NCBI GenBank assembly: GCA_017548425.1
Contig: JAFZAB010000167.1
Coordinates: 2,202-66,201, forward strand
Origin: Victivallales bacterium
GTDB lineage: Bacteria > Verrucomicrobiota > Lentisphaeria > Oligosphaerales > Oligosphaeraceae
Length of the DNA: 64,000 nucleotides
Reading direction: 5' to 3'
Shown here: piece by piece, positions 45,549-54,233 of the stretch
Numbering within the stretch: the first letter of the stretch is position 1
Layout: every line of letters starts with the position of its first letter
The notes under the pieces: model-generated
Database searches by the model: none
Seen by the model: the letters and a program-made list of their open reading frames with translations, nothing else
Told to the model about the DNA's origin: nothing
Position numbers and translations under genes: made by a program

Positions 45549-47726
45549 TTACGCTTCTTCAAGCGTAGGTTCTTCGTTGAACCAGTCGATCATGTCCTGC
45601 GGCAGCGGGCTGATTTCGACAATCTGGCCATGTTCGCCGCTGGGCATTTCCAGACGTTCATCCAACTTGCGGCCAATCAACAGCTTGCCAAGAGGCGTCT
45701 CAAAGGAAATCATGTTGCGTTTCGGAACCGTGTCCAACAGACCCAAAACGTAATAGGTTTCTGTGCGGCCACCGGAGAATTTCACCGTAACAGCGCTTCC
45801 GAGAACCACCGTATCCGTGACTTCCACGTCACGGAAGTCCGTACCACGCAGATCCACGAGGCTGCTTTCATATTCGCGGCGCATCTTGCCGAGCAGGCTC
45901 TGCTGCTCTTTCGCGAACTTGTATTCGGAGTTTTCGCGCAAGTCGCCCAAGCTGCGGGCATGTTCCAAAGCATCCGCATTGGCAGGAATCTGTTCCTCGA
46001 CCAAATTCTTGAGCTGCATCTCACGCAGTTTGAGGCTTCTCCAACTCGTGATACGCGGCAACGCGGCACGCTGATGAATCGCCTTGCGCTCTTCAACCAG
46101 ATGCTTGAATTCCGGATACAGACGGATGATTTTCACTTCCAAACTCTGGCGGTCGCCGGCTTCCAACAACGGCATCCGCTTGATGCAATGGATGAATTCA
46201 GTCACCGTCTCTTCGTTACCGTAGTTCATAATCAGACGCTGGAACGGTTCGTCGTTCATCATCAGCTTGAACAGGTCGCGATGAGCCTTCAAATAATTGC
46301 CTTTCACGTCTTTCTGCAACGTACGGAACAACAGGACGGACTTCGTCAGATAGCGCATCTTCAAGTCTTCGTAGTCGGACTTCCAAAGCCAGAACATCGC
46401 ATCGGCCGTCACATCGCCGCCATCCATCGCCGCATCAACGGCTTCCGCCAGACGCGCACGTTCGTCGTTCGTCAGATTCTTCTCCGTGCCAGCCCACAGG
46501 CGATACGGGAGCTTGAGAGTACGTTCAATCAGATAATCCGCGCCTTTGGCCTTCTTCGTGACTTCAAACCACGGAATGACCAATTTGCCGGCCAGCTTGT
46601 CGCTCGCTTCAATGAAGAGCTCCTCGTTCTCCCACACAACCGCTTTCTTCTCGGCGAGCATGGCGATCGTCTTGTCGAGCTCCGGCTTCAAACCATTCGG
46701 AAGCATATGCTGCAAAGACGCGAGCGCCGTCGCAAGCAACAACACCATGTCGTCACGATTCGCGGCATATTCGAAGATGTTCATGATATTGTTAAGATCC
46801 GGCTTCGAAGATTCTTCGATAACGGGATTCAGCTTCAAGCGTTCATTCAATTCCAGCAAGCTTCGGCTCTGATCCCAACTCATCGTGTTGACCGCGCCGC
46901 CAGCCTGCGCATCGCCGCCCTGCTTCGCAGGAACGCCGGACGTCAAGACTTTGAACTGCGCTTCCGTCATCACGCCTGGAACCAGCAAGGCGCGGCCCGG
47001 ATTCAGCAACGCAGGACGCGCGCTCGTGATGTGGCTGTTCATGAATTCCGTCAGCGACTTCAAATCCGTCTTCTCAGGACGCGTCTTCTTCGTCATCCAA
47101 TTGTGGACTTCGGAGTCCATATCGACAACCATCAGATTGTCCAAGAAGTTACGGAGCCCCAACGTCTGGCGTTCAGCCTTCTTCATGCTGTCCGCCTTCT
47201 GGCCGGTGGCCTGACGTCTTACGAATGCGACACGGACTTGACCGCTGATTTCGTCAATCGAATCGACGACGCCGACGCCGAACGCGGGCGTATAGCAGAA
47301 CGCGCCTTTCTTCAGGGCGCGAAGGACTTCCAGACGCTTGCTGATTTTGTCCAAAGCCTCGCCTTCCTTATGGATATTGAGGTTGTCCACCAGACCGTCG
47401 GGATTCTCCCACGCGGGGAACATCTGCTTGGCAAGAGCCGCGTACAAGTTGCGGAGCATGACGCCGTCCAGACCAGCCGCCAGCATCGCCTCGACCAACT
47501 TGAATTCCGCCTCGTCAAGCGTCTTGAGCGACGCCTTTTCGGCGAATTTCTGCAATCCGCTTTCCCATTTGGCACGAACGCTTTCGTCCCATCCTGCGCA
47601 CTGCCGCGGTTCGGCCACTTTCAAAATTTCCGTCAGTTCCTCAATGGCCGAACGATCGGGAACCGCCGCGCCATCAAAAAGTTTTGCAAGCTCTGCACTG
47701 GTTGAATAAGTGTTGGAATCAGCCAT
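45549..47726 (-). CDS. greA: GreA/GreB-family transcript cleavage factor with an N-terminal extension of about 570 aa
   Basis: The C-terminal ~155 aa carries GDLRENSEYKFAKEQQ and a GreA-like C-terminal beta domain (VTVKF.GG..ETYY.LG, ISFETPLGK.L.G.K). The start is uncertain (ATG at 47726 or 47732, TTG at 47753); AAGGTG precedes 47726. Confidence 0.7.
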   Translation of the reverse strand: MADSNTYSTSAELAKLFDGAAVPDRSAIEELTEILKVAEPRQCAGWDESVRAKWESGLQKFAEKASLKTLDEAEFKLVEAMLAAGLDGVMLRNLYAALAKQMFPAWENPDGLVDNLNIHKEGEALDKISKRLEVLRALKKGAFCYTPAFGVGVVDSIDEISGQVRVAFVRRQATGQKADSMKKAERQTLGLRNFLDNLMVVDMDSEVHNWMTKKTRPEKTDLKSLTEFMNSHITSARPALLNPGRALLVPGVMTEAQFKVLTSGVPAKQGGDAQAGGAVNTMSWDQSRSLLELNERLKLNPVIEESSKPDLNNIMNIFEYAANRDDMVLLLATALASLQHMLPNGLKPELDKTIAMLAEKKAVVWENEELFIEASDKLAGKLVIPWFEVTKKAKGADYLIERTLKLPYRLWAGTEKNLTNDERARLAEAVDAAMDGGDVTADAMFWLWKSDYEDLKMRYLTKSVLLFRTLQKDVKGNYLKAHRDLFKLMMNDEPFQRLIMNYGNEETVTEFIHCIKRMPLLEAGDRQSLEVKIIRLYPEFKHLVEERKAIHQRAALPRITSWRSLKLREMQLKNLVEEQIPANADALEHARSLGDLRENSEYKFAKEQQSLLGKMRREYESSLVDLRGTDFRDVEVTDTVVLGSAVTVKFSGGRTETYYVLGLLDTVPKRNMISFETPLGKLLIGRKLDERLEMPSGEHGQIVEISPLPQDMIDWFNEEPTLEEA

Positions 47727-47789
47727 CTTCATCACCTTTTTTGTTTTGGACAACTATTTAAAATTTTAATCAATCTTCTTGAACGCCTT

Positions 47790-48296
47790 TTATCGATTCG
47801 CCTTCCGGTAGTTGGAAGGAACATGCGACGCGATCCGCCGCGCCTCCAACTCGCTCCAAAGCGGCGGAAGCATCAGATAACCACTTTCATCATATGGCGG
47901 AATCATCATCGTTCCGCAGAAATATCCGTCCAGAAGAATCACCATCGTCTGGCTGCCGTATTCGCCCGTTGCCTGCCGCCAGAGTCCTATCCCCTTGCGG
48001 TCCAGCCTCATCCGAAGGCCCCATTTTCCATTGTCGCCGCGCACAAGTTCCGCCTCGCCGAAGCAGGAGGAATCCACGATCGGGAAACGACTCACGAAAT
48101 GCTCGTTCCGCCCCATGACATCATAGACCGGCTGGACCAACGATGATTCAGGAGCGAACGCATCCCGCCGAACCTCCCTGTGGAGGCTCAGGTTAAACAC
48201 AGGCTTATATCTGTCAAAAAGCGCGCATCCCGTGCCGCCCATCAAAAGCCACCACAGGCCGATCACCCAAACAAATTGACGCAACCATTTCATCAT
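47790..48296 (-). CDS. Putative lipoprotein, unknown function
   Basis: Signal peptide with a lipobox-like LLMGGTGC. Starts 3 nt after the activator gene's stop. Confidence 0.5.
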   Translation of the reverse strand: MMKWLRQFVWVIGLWWLLMGGTGCALFDRYKPVFNLSLHREVRRDAFAPESSLVQPVYDVMGRNEHFVSRFPIVDSSCFGEAELVRGDNGKWGLRMRLDRKGIGLWRQATGEYGSQTMVILLDGYFCGTMMIPPYDESGYLMLPPLWSELEARRIASHVPSNYRKANR

Positions 48297-48299
48297 ATG

Positions 48300-49757
48300 C
48301 TACTCCGTTTCATCCAGCTTCCTGTACAGCGTCCCTTTGCTGATGCCCAAAATCTTCGCGGCCTTGTCTTTATCGCCGTCGCATTCCGCCAGCACCTGGC
48401 TGATGTATTCACGTTCGTGAATCCGCAGATACGCCTTCAATGTCAAATCCGCGTTCCGTTGCGGACGCCCCGCCAGAATCTCGGCCTTTTCAGCTGCATC
48501 CGCCTCTTCGTCCGCCTGCCGCAACTCTTCGGACGTCGGACGGAACTCATCCGGCAGATCATACACGCCAATCGGCATTCCGCCGCGGTTCGACAACGCC
48601 GCGATGCGGCGCAGCGAATTCTCCAATTCGCGCACATTGCCCGGCCAATCACGCCGTGAAAGCACGTCCATGGCCTCGTCTGAAAAACCGCCGAAACCGC
48701 CGCCGCCCTCTTCGCTCCACTTATCTTGGAAATGGCGTATTAGCAATGGGATGTCGCTCCGTCTCTCACGCAGTGGCGGCAGGTAAAGCGGAAAACCGCA
48801 AAGCCGATAATACAAATCCTCCCTGAACAGCCCCTCTTTCATCCGTTTCTCCAAATCTTCATTCGTAGCGGTCAATACACGTACATCCACCTTTGTCGCA
48901 GTCACGCCGCCGACCGGTCGAACCAATCCATCCTGCAAAACTCGCAGCAACGACCGCTGCATTTCCAACGGAATCGATCCGATTTCATCCATGAACAACG
49001 TCCCCCCGTCCGCTACTTGAAACAAGCCTTCCTTATTGCGAACAGCCCCTGTGAAAGCTCCTTTCACATGGCCGAACAATTCCGATTCCAGCAAATTGGC
49101 AGGTATCGCCGTGCAATTAATCGCCACGAAAGGACGGTTGCCGCGTCGGCTCAAACGGTGCAAAGATTTCGCCACCAGTTCTTTACCAGTCCCGCTCTCC
49201 CCGCGTATCATGACGGCCATGTCCGTCCCCGCCACCTTTTCCATCTGCTTGTACAACTCCTGCATCGTGGGATGCTCCCCGATCATCAGCCCGTAATGCA
49301 ACGTCTCCGTATCCGGTTTCTTGCTTTCGCAAGTCACCACCTCCTCCTTCTTTTCCACAACTTCCGGCTGCTTGCCAGTCCCTCCGCAAGCCTTCAGACG
49401 ATCACGGCGAACCAGCAAGACTTTCTCCAGCAGTTTCAAAGCCTCCTCCGAACGAATCGGCCTAACAAGAAAACCAGAAGCCCCCGCGTCAACAATGGCC
49501 TTACCCTCTTCAAGTTCCGCGTAATCAACCACTACCAGAATATCCGCCTCACCTGCGCCTGTCGGACGGTCAGCCAGTAACTCGCGTCCGAATTCCAGCC
49601 CGCAGACAACGACATCCCACGCCTCCGCGTGTAGGACGTCGCCTCGAGCCTCCTCTTCGCCACATGATTTGACGCGGTATTCCAGGCTCCTGAACAAACT
49701 CCGTAGAACGTCGCTCAGATTCGCGTCGTCAACGGCTATCAGTATCTTGGTCTTCAT
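48300..49757 (-). CDS. Sigma-54-dependent transcriptional activator (NtrC family) with degenerate receiver domain
   Basis: AAA+ core with GESGTGKE, ESELFGHVKGAFTGA (GAFTGA motif) and DEIG, plus a C-terminal Fis-type HTH (AAKILGISKGTLYRKL). The N-terminal CheY-like fold lacks the phospho-acceptor Asp. Confidence 0.85.
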   Translation of the reverse strand: MKTKILIAVDDANLSDVLRSLFRSLEYRVKSCGEEEARGDVLHAEAWDVVVCGLEFGRELLADRPTGAGEADILVVVDYAELEEGKAIVDAGASGFLVRPIRSEEALKLLEKVLLVRRDRLKACGGTGKQPEVVEKKEEVVTCESKKPDTETLHYGLMIGEHPTMQELYKQMEKVAGTDMAVMIRGESGTGKELVAKSLHRLSRRGNRPFVAINCTAIPANLLESELFGHVKGAFTGAVRNKEGLFQVADGGTLFMDEIGSIPLEMQRSLLRVLQDGLVRPVGGVTATKVDVRVLTATNEDLEKRMKEGLFREDLYYRLCGFPLYLPPLRERRSDIPLLIRHFQDKWSEEGGGGFGGFSDEAMDVLSRRDWPGNVRELENSLRRIAALSNRGGMPIGVYDLPDEFRPTSEELRQADEEADAAEKAEILAGRPQRNADLTLKAYLRIHEREYISQVLAECDGDKDKAAKILGISKGTLYRKLDETE

Positions 49758-49959
49758 CAGCTTTTGTTTTAAAATCCTATTCAGTCAAAATAATGTATTC
49801 CGTAAATCCAATCTCGCAAGTCAACAGCCCCCCATTTCATTAACAAAGTTGCCCATCTATTGACAAAAAATAAGAAAAAAATGAATGAATTATGTGAAAG
49901 TTTCAAAAATGGACGTATAGTTTACACTATGCGGTTAAAACATAAGGAAAGCAATTATA

Positions 49960-51669
49960 ATGGAAGAATACATTTGGGAACAAACAGAAAACAATGAAGA
50001 CAGGGTGCAGGCCCTGATCAATGAAGCAGGAGTCACAAGACCAATCGCCCTCGTATTGGACATGCGAGGCATCGGTCCGGAAAAAATACGGGACTTCCTA
50101 AACCCGTCCATATCGGACATAGGGGATCCGTATCTGCTGCAAGGCACGAAGGAGGCCTCCGCCAGACTCTGGCAGGCCATCCACAACGGGCAGAGGATTC
50201 TCATCCACGGCGACTATGACACGGACGGCATCACTGCCTCCGCCCTTCTCGCATGGGTGCTCCGCCGTAACGGCGGCAACGTGGAATGCTATTTGCCGCA
50301 TCGTATTGACGACGGCTACGGCCTCACCGTCGAATCCATCAACAAAACCCACGCCAACAAGGCGGACCTCCTCATCACCGTCGATTGCGGCATCACATCC
50401 TACGAAGCCGTCCAGGCCTCGAAGGATATGCAGTTTGACTTAATCATCACGGACCACCATACGCCGGGCGTCGAACCACTAGACGCATATGCTGTCGTCG
50501 ATCCGAAACTGCCAGGCTCCCCCGTTGAAATACAGGAGCTTGCCGGCGTCGGTGTCGCCTTCAAAGTCTGCCATGCCTTCTTGAAGTACGGTCGTGAACA
50601 CGGCTTCGGCGGAGAGGACACGGATTTGAGGCAAGGTCTTGATCTTGTTGCACTTGGAACGGTTGCTGATATCGTTCCGCTCCTCTATGAGAACCGAATT
50701 CTCGTCAAGCATGGTCTGAAAGTTCTCGCGGGCAAGCAACGCCCTGGAATCCATGCGCTTTGCGAAATTTCCGGCGTCAGCGAAGAACTCGCCACATCCG
50801 ACATCACCTATCGGCTGGCTCCCCGCATCAACGCCACCGGTCGTCTCGGCGCCCCGACGGATTCCCTCCGCCTGCTGGAAGCGGACAACATGGTTGATGC
50901 CGCCAATCTCGCCCGCAAGCTAGACGAACAAAACCGCGAACGCCAGACCATTGAGGAAGCGGTTGTGACAGACGCAGAAAACCAGATTGCAGCACGTTAC
51001 GACTTGAGTTCGACGCGTTCCATCGTCGTCTGGAGCGAAGGTTGGCATCAAGGCGTTGTCGGAATCGTCGCTTCTCGCCTGACCCGTAAATACCACCACC
51101 CGTCCGTCGTTCTCACACGCGATCCATCTGGACAATTCACTGGATCCGCGCGATCCATCCGCAAATTGAATCTGGTTGACCTCCTTGGCGTCTGTTCCGA
51201 TTCACTGATTCGTTTCGGCGGCCACGCCATGGCAGCCGGCCTTTCTCTGACGGAAGAGAATCTTGAGTTGTTCTGTAAGCAATTCGATGAAGCCGTCCAA
51301 AAGGTTCTCGGCATCGATTCCATGAAACCCGTCATCGCCGCCTGCGGCAACGTCGCCTTCAGCGAATTGGATGATGTTTTCTTCCAAGAACTTGAGATGC
51401 TTGAACCTTTCGGGCACGGTAATCCCGAACCCGTTTACATTACGAAAAACGTCATTCCGGAACGCAAAATGCCAGCCGGCAAGAACCACACCCGCGGCAT
51501 GGTGAAAGACGAATCCGGAACGCGCATGCAGTTCATCGCCTTCGGACGGCTGCCGGACCAGTTCCCGCCGCCGCCGTGGGACATCGTCTTCTCACCGCAC
51601 ATCAATCGCTTCAACGGCATTGCGATGCCGCAGCTTCGAATTCTGGACATCAAACCTGCACAAGGATGA
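49960..51669 (+). CDS. recJ: Single-stranded-DNA-specific exonuclease RecJ
   Basis: DHH-family motifs ILIHGDYDTDGITASA, ITVDCG, IITDHH and GGH.MAAG. Confidence 0.85.
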   Translation: MEEYIWEQTENNEDRVQALINEAGVTRPIALVLDMRGIGPEKIRDFLNPSISDIGDPYLLQGTKEASARLWQAIHNGQRILIHGDYDTDGITASALLAWVLRRNGGNVECYLPHRIDDGYGLTVESINKTHANKADLLITVDCGITSYEAVQASKDMQFDLIITDHHTPGVEPLDAYAVVDPKLPGSPVEIQELAGVGVAFKVCHAFLKYGREHGFGGEDTDLRQGLDLVALGTVADIVPLLYENRILVKHGLKVLAGKQRPGIHALCEISGVSEELATSDITYRLAPRINATGRLGAPTDSLRLLEADNMVDAANLARKLDEQNRERQTIEEAVVTDAENQIAARYDLSSTRSIVVWSEGWHQGVVGIVASRLTRKYHHPSVVLTRDPSGQFTGSARSIRKLNLVDLLGVCSDSLIRFGGHAMAAGLSLTEENLELFCKQFDEAVQKVLGIDSMKPVIAACGNVAFSELDDVFFQELEMLEPFGHGNPEPVYITKNVIPERKMPAGKNHTRGMVKDESGTRMQFIAFGRLPDQFPPPPWDIVFSPHINRFNGIAMPQLRILDIKPAQG

Positions 51670-51679
51670 ACGATTTCAA

Positions 51680-51714
51680 CAGACGCCCCGCCGAAAGCGG
51701 GGCGTCTGTTTTTT
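51680..51714 (+). terminator. Rho-independent terminator after recJ
   Basis: CAGACGCCCCGC-cgaaa-GCGGGGCGTCTG followed by TTTTTT. Confidence 0.75.
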
Positions 51715-51796
51715 CGCCATAAACTACGCAAGGCTTCCTCAACACCCAAATGGATAATACAACATAATATAATAATACGTTGACCATTCAACCGAC

Positions 51797-51925
51797 ATGA
51801 ATCTCATGCGCCATGCATTTCGCCCAAGCCTCTTGTTTCAACGGAGTCAGTCTATGATCACTATCGGCAATCCTTGGATAGAGGAAAGAGGCGATGACGT
51901 CTATCTTATGCAGTCCTATTGTTAA
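51797..51925 (+). pseudogene. Short 5' gene fragment homologous to the N-terminus of the adjacent island gene
   Basis: MITIGNPWIEERGDDVYL (from ATG 51854) aligns with MITIKRPHIENRNSSYYV of the 51970 gene: 9 of 17 residues identical, including the first 4. Differences at identical residues are synonymous and follow the GC shift. The fragment stops after 23 codons. An in-frame ATG also lies at 51797. Confidence 0.4.
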
Positions 51926-51969
51926 CGAAGTCCCACCCCAATTATCCCTTTTTGTAATAATATCCACAA

Positions 51970-53190
51970 ATGATTACCATTAAGAGACCACATATTGAAA
52001 ATAGAAATAGCAGCTATTATGTAATTACTGAGATTTCTAGCACGACTGAAAATATCAGTAAAGAAATATGGTATAGGACCACCGAAGAATATGCGGATTA
52101 TTTAGTGGATGAGGTCGCCGACGCTTTTGTTCTGCCAATGTTGCTTGTGGCTTTGAGGAATCAGGAGGATATCAAAGTTGAAGCTCCTATTTCCGAAAAG
52201 CTTTATTACAATATAAAAAATAATATTCTTTATACGTTAAGCATCCCGCTACATGTTAATTATAAGATAAATGTCGATTGTGAAGGTTATGTAACACCCT
52301 CCTTTCAACCGACAGCTGTTGGATGCGGATGTTCATTGGGCGTGGATTCATTTTCAGCGATGATCGGGCATATGTCGGCAGACTGCCCTAAGGGTTTCAG
52401 AATTACTCATTTGACCAACTTCAACGTAGGTGCATACGGTAATGATTTTGAAAAGACAGAACAATTTTTCCATGAGGCTTTACCAGATGTTAGAAAATAT
52501 GCTCAGGAAAAAGGATTGCCCCTTGTGCTATTGGCGTCTAACTTTGGACCATTCTTTGAGGGGGTTAATTTCAATTGGTGTGGTCCATTAAGAACAATGA
52601 GTGCGGTGCTGTCATTACAAAAGCTTTTCAAAAGATACTATTATGCATCAAGTTGCACCAACAAGGATTTCAATTTTGGAATGGGTATGGGTGATTTCGC
52701 ATCGCTTTTATTGCCTATGATATCTACAGATAACACGGAAATAATTGTAGCAGACCAAGATAAGACGCGCATTGAGAAAACTGCTTCAATTGTGGATAAT
52801 CCAGAAGCGCAGCATTATTTGGATGTATGTTGGAAAAGGATAAAGGCTAACAGAGGAGATACGCGTTATTTGCAGTACCCGTACAAGAATTGTACGCGCT
52901 GTTCAAAATGTCAAAGGACATTGCTCACTATCGACATACTTGGATACACCGATAACTTTAAGGAAGTCTTTGATGTAGAGTATTTTAAACAGAACAGGGA
53001 TGAAATTGTAAGAAACTATGTGGCTAGAAAAGACGAGAACCACCATTTTCATGAAGTGTATCAATTTATGATTGATAAAGGGTATCCCATCCCCCAAGAA
53101 AGAAAAAAGAAAAAAATAAAGAAATTTTTCAGGAGTTTTCTTAATGAAATTATTAAAAAAATTAAGAGAATTTTTAATAGTGCCTTTTAG
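51970..53190 (+). CDS. Hypothetical protein, possibly a divergent QueC/PP-loop (adenine nucleotide alpha-hydrolase-like) enzyme with an extra N-terminal domain
   Basis: 406-aa ORF in low-GC DNA. It has a PP-loop-like AVGCGCSLGVDSFSAM (aa 116-131) and, about 190 aa later, C-x20-C-x2-C-x2-C (DVCW...NCTRCSKCQR), reminiscent of the QueC zinc site. This is a motif-level call only. Confidence 0.4.
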   Translation: MITIKRPHIENRNSSYYVITEISSTTENISKEIWYRTTEEYADYLVDEVADAFVLPMLLVALRNQEDIKVEAPISEKLYYNIKNNILYTLSIPLHVNYKINVDCEGYVTPSFQPTAVGCGCSLGVDSFSAMIGHMSADCPKGFRITHLTNFNVGAYGNDFEKTEQFFHEALPDVRKYAQEKGLPLVLLASNFGPFFEGVNFNWCGPLRTMSAVLSLQKLFKRYYYASSCTNKDFNFGMGMGDFASLLLPMISTDNTEIIVADQDKTRIEKTASIVDNPEAQHYLDVCWKRIKANRGDTRYLQYPYKNCTRCSKCQRTLLTIDILGYTDNFKEVFDVEYFKQNRDEIVRNYVARKDENHHFHEVYQFMIDKGYPIPQERKKKKIKKFFRSFLNEIIKKIKRIFNSAF

Positions 53191-54226
53191 AGCAAGAGAA
53201 TATTCCAATCAATATTTCTCGGGGGACTTGCGACTGAAAATGTATAATGGAGAGAGTTATGCCGATGCACTTGCTGACGCAGTGGAAACTTATTTGCCAG
53301 AACAAGCCAAAAAGGATCAAAGAATTCTAAGAAAAATCGTGACAAAGGCCATAAAAAGCAATCTATTGTTTGGGTTCAAGCCTCACGAATATTTTATGTA
53401 TGATTTGTCGGACAAGAGTGTTGCGGAATGGTCTGAATACTTGCCGGAAAAGGAGAGAGTTGGAACGTTGAATCGAGCCTTCGGGTTGGATTTGAAAACA
53501 CAATTACGTGACAAATGGATTTTTTACCAATTGGCCAAACCATTTTTCAAGAGAGAGATATTTCATCTGACAAAAGACACCAAAGTAGATGATTTTACTT
53601 CTTTCGCCAAAAGGATCCGTCATATATTCTGCAAGCCGACAGATGGACACATGGGAATTGGCGTAAGTCGTCATGATATTGATGAGCAGACAGATATTGG
53701 ACAAATATACCATGAGCTGTTGTCCATCTATCAGAACTGGGTTATTGAAGAGTGTATAACCCAAGGAAAAGAAATGTCGATGTGGAATGAGAGTAGTGTC
53801 AATACCGTCCGTTTCCCTTCGTTCTTTAAAGAAGGAACACTCACTCCATATTATCCTCGCATTCGCACTGGTCGCCAAGGGCAAATTGTCGATAATGTGG
53901 CGCAAGGGGGGCTGATAGCTTTTATCGATGCCAAAACAGGAATAATCAATACGGATGGTTTTTACAAAAAGAACCAAACAAGCAGTGTTCATCCAGACAG
54001 CGGAATCACATTTAAAGGAACTGCAATTCCTCATTGGCAGGAGTTGCTAAAATATGCTGAGGATTTGCATAAGGCATTGCCCCAGCATGTTTATATTGCA
54101 TGGGATTTTGCTTATACAGACAAGGGATGGGATGTGGTGGAAGCCAATTGGGGGCAAATGGATTCCACACAAATGATCATCGGACATGGAATACGAAAAG
54201 AATTCCATGAATTATTAGGAAGGTAA
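53144..54226 (+). CDS. ATP-grasp ligase of the sugar-transfer-associated (ATPgrasp_ST-like) type
   Basis: AGGAG box 8 nt upstream. Motifs FCKPTDGHMGIGV, WVIEECI.Q, NTVRFPS, VAQGGLIAFID..TG, HPDSGITFKG.AIPHW and IAWDFAYTDKGWDVVEANWGQ. Overlaps the previous gene by 47 nt. Confidence 0.65.
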   Translation: MKLLKKLREFLIVPFRAREYSNQYFSGDLRLKMYNGESYADALADAVETYLPEQAKKDQRILRKIVTKAIKSNLLFGFKPHEYFMYDLSDKSVAEWSEYLPEKERVGTLNRAFGLDLKTQLRDKWIFYQLAKPFFKREIFHLTKDTKVDDFTSFAKRIRHIFCKPTDGHMGIGVSRHDIDEQTDIGQIYHELLSIYQNWVIEECITQGKEMSMWNESSVNTVRFPSFFKEGTLTPYYPRIRTGRQGQIVDNVAQGGLIAFIDAKTGIINTDGFYKKNQTSSVHPDSGITFKGTAIPHWQELLKYAEDLHKALPQHVYIAWDFAYTDKGWDVVEANWGQMDSTQMIIGHGIRKEFHELLGR

Positions 54227-54233
54227 AAATGGT

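Noticed and set aside
47790-48296. SecD P1-head-like pattern in the lipoprotein (MVILLDGYFCGTMMIPP).
   Set aside because: It rests on one short motif resembling the LDG...P segment of SecD, which is insufficient without a profile search.
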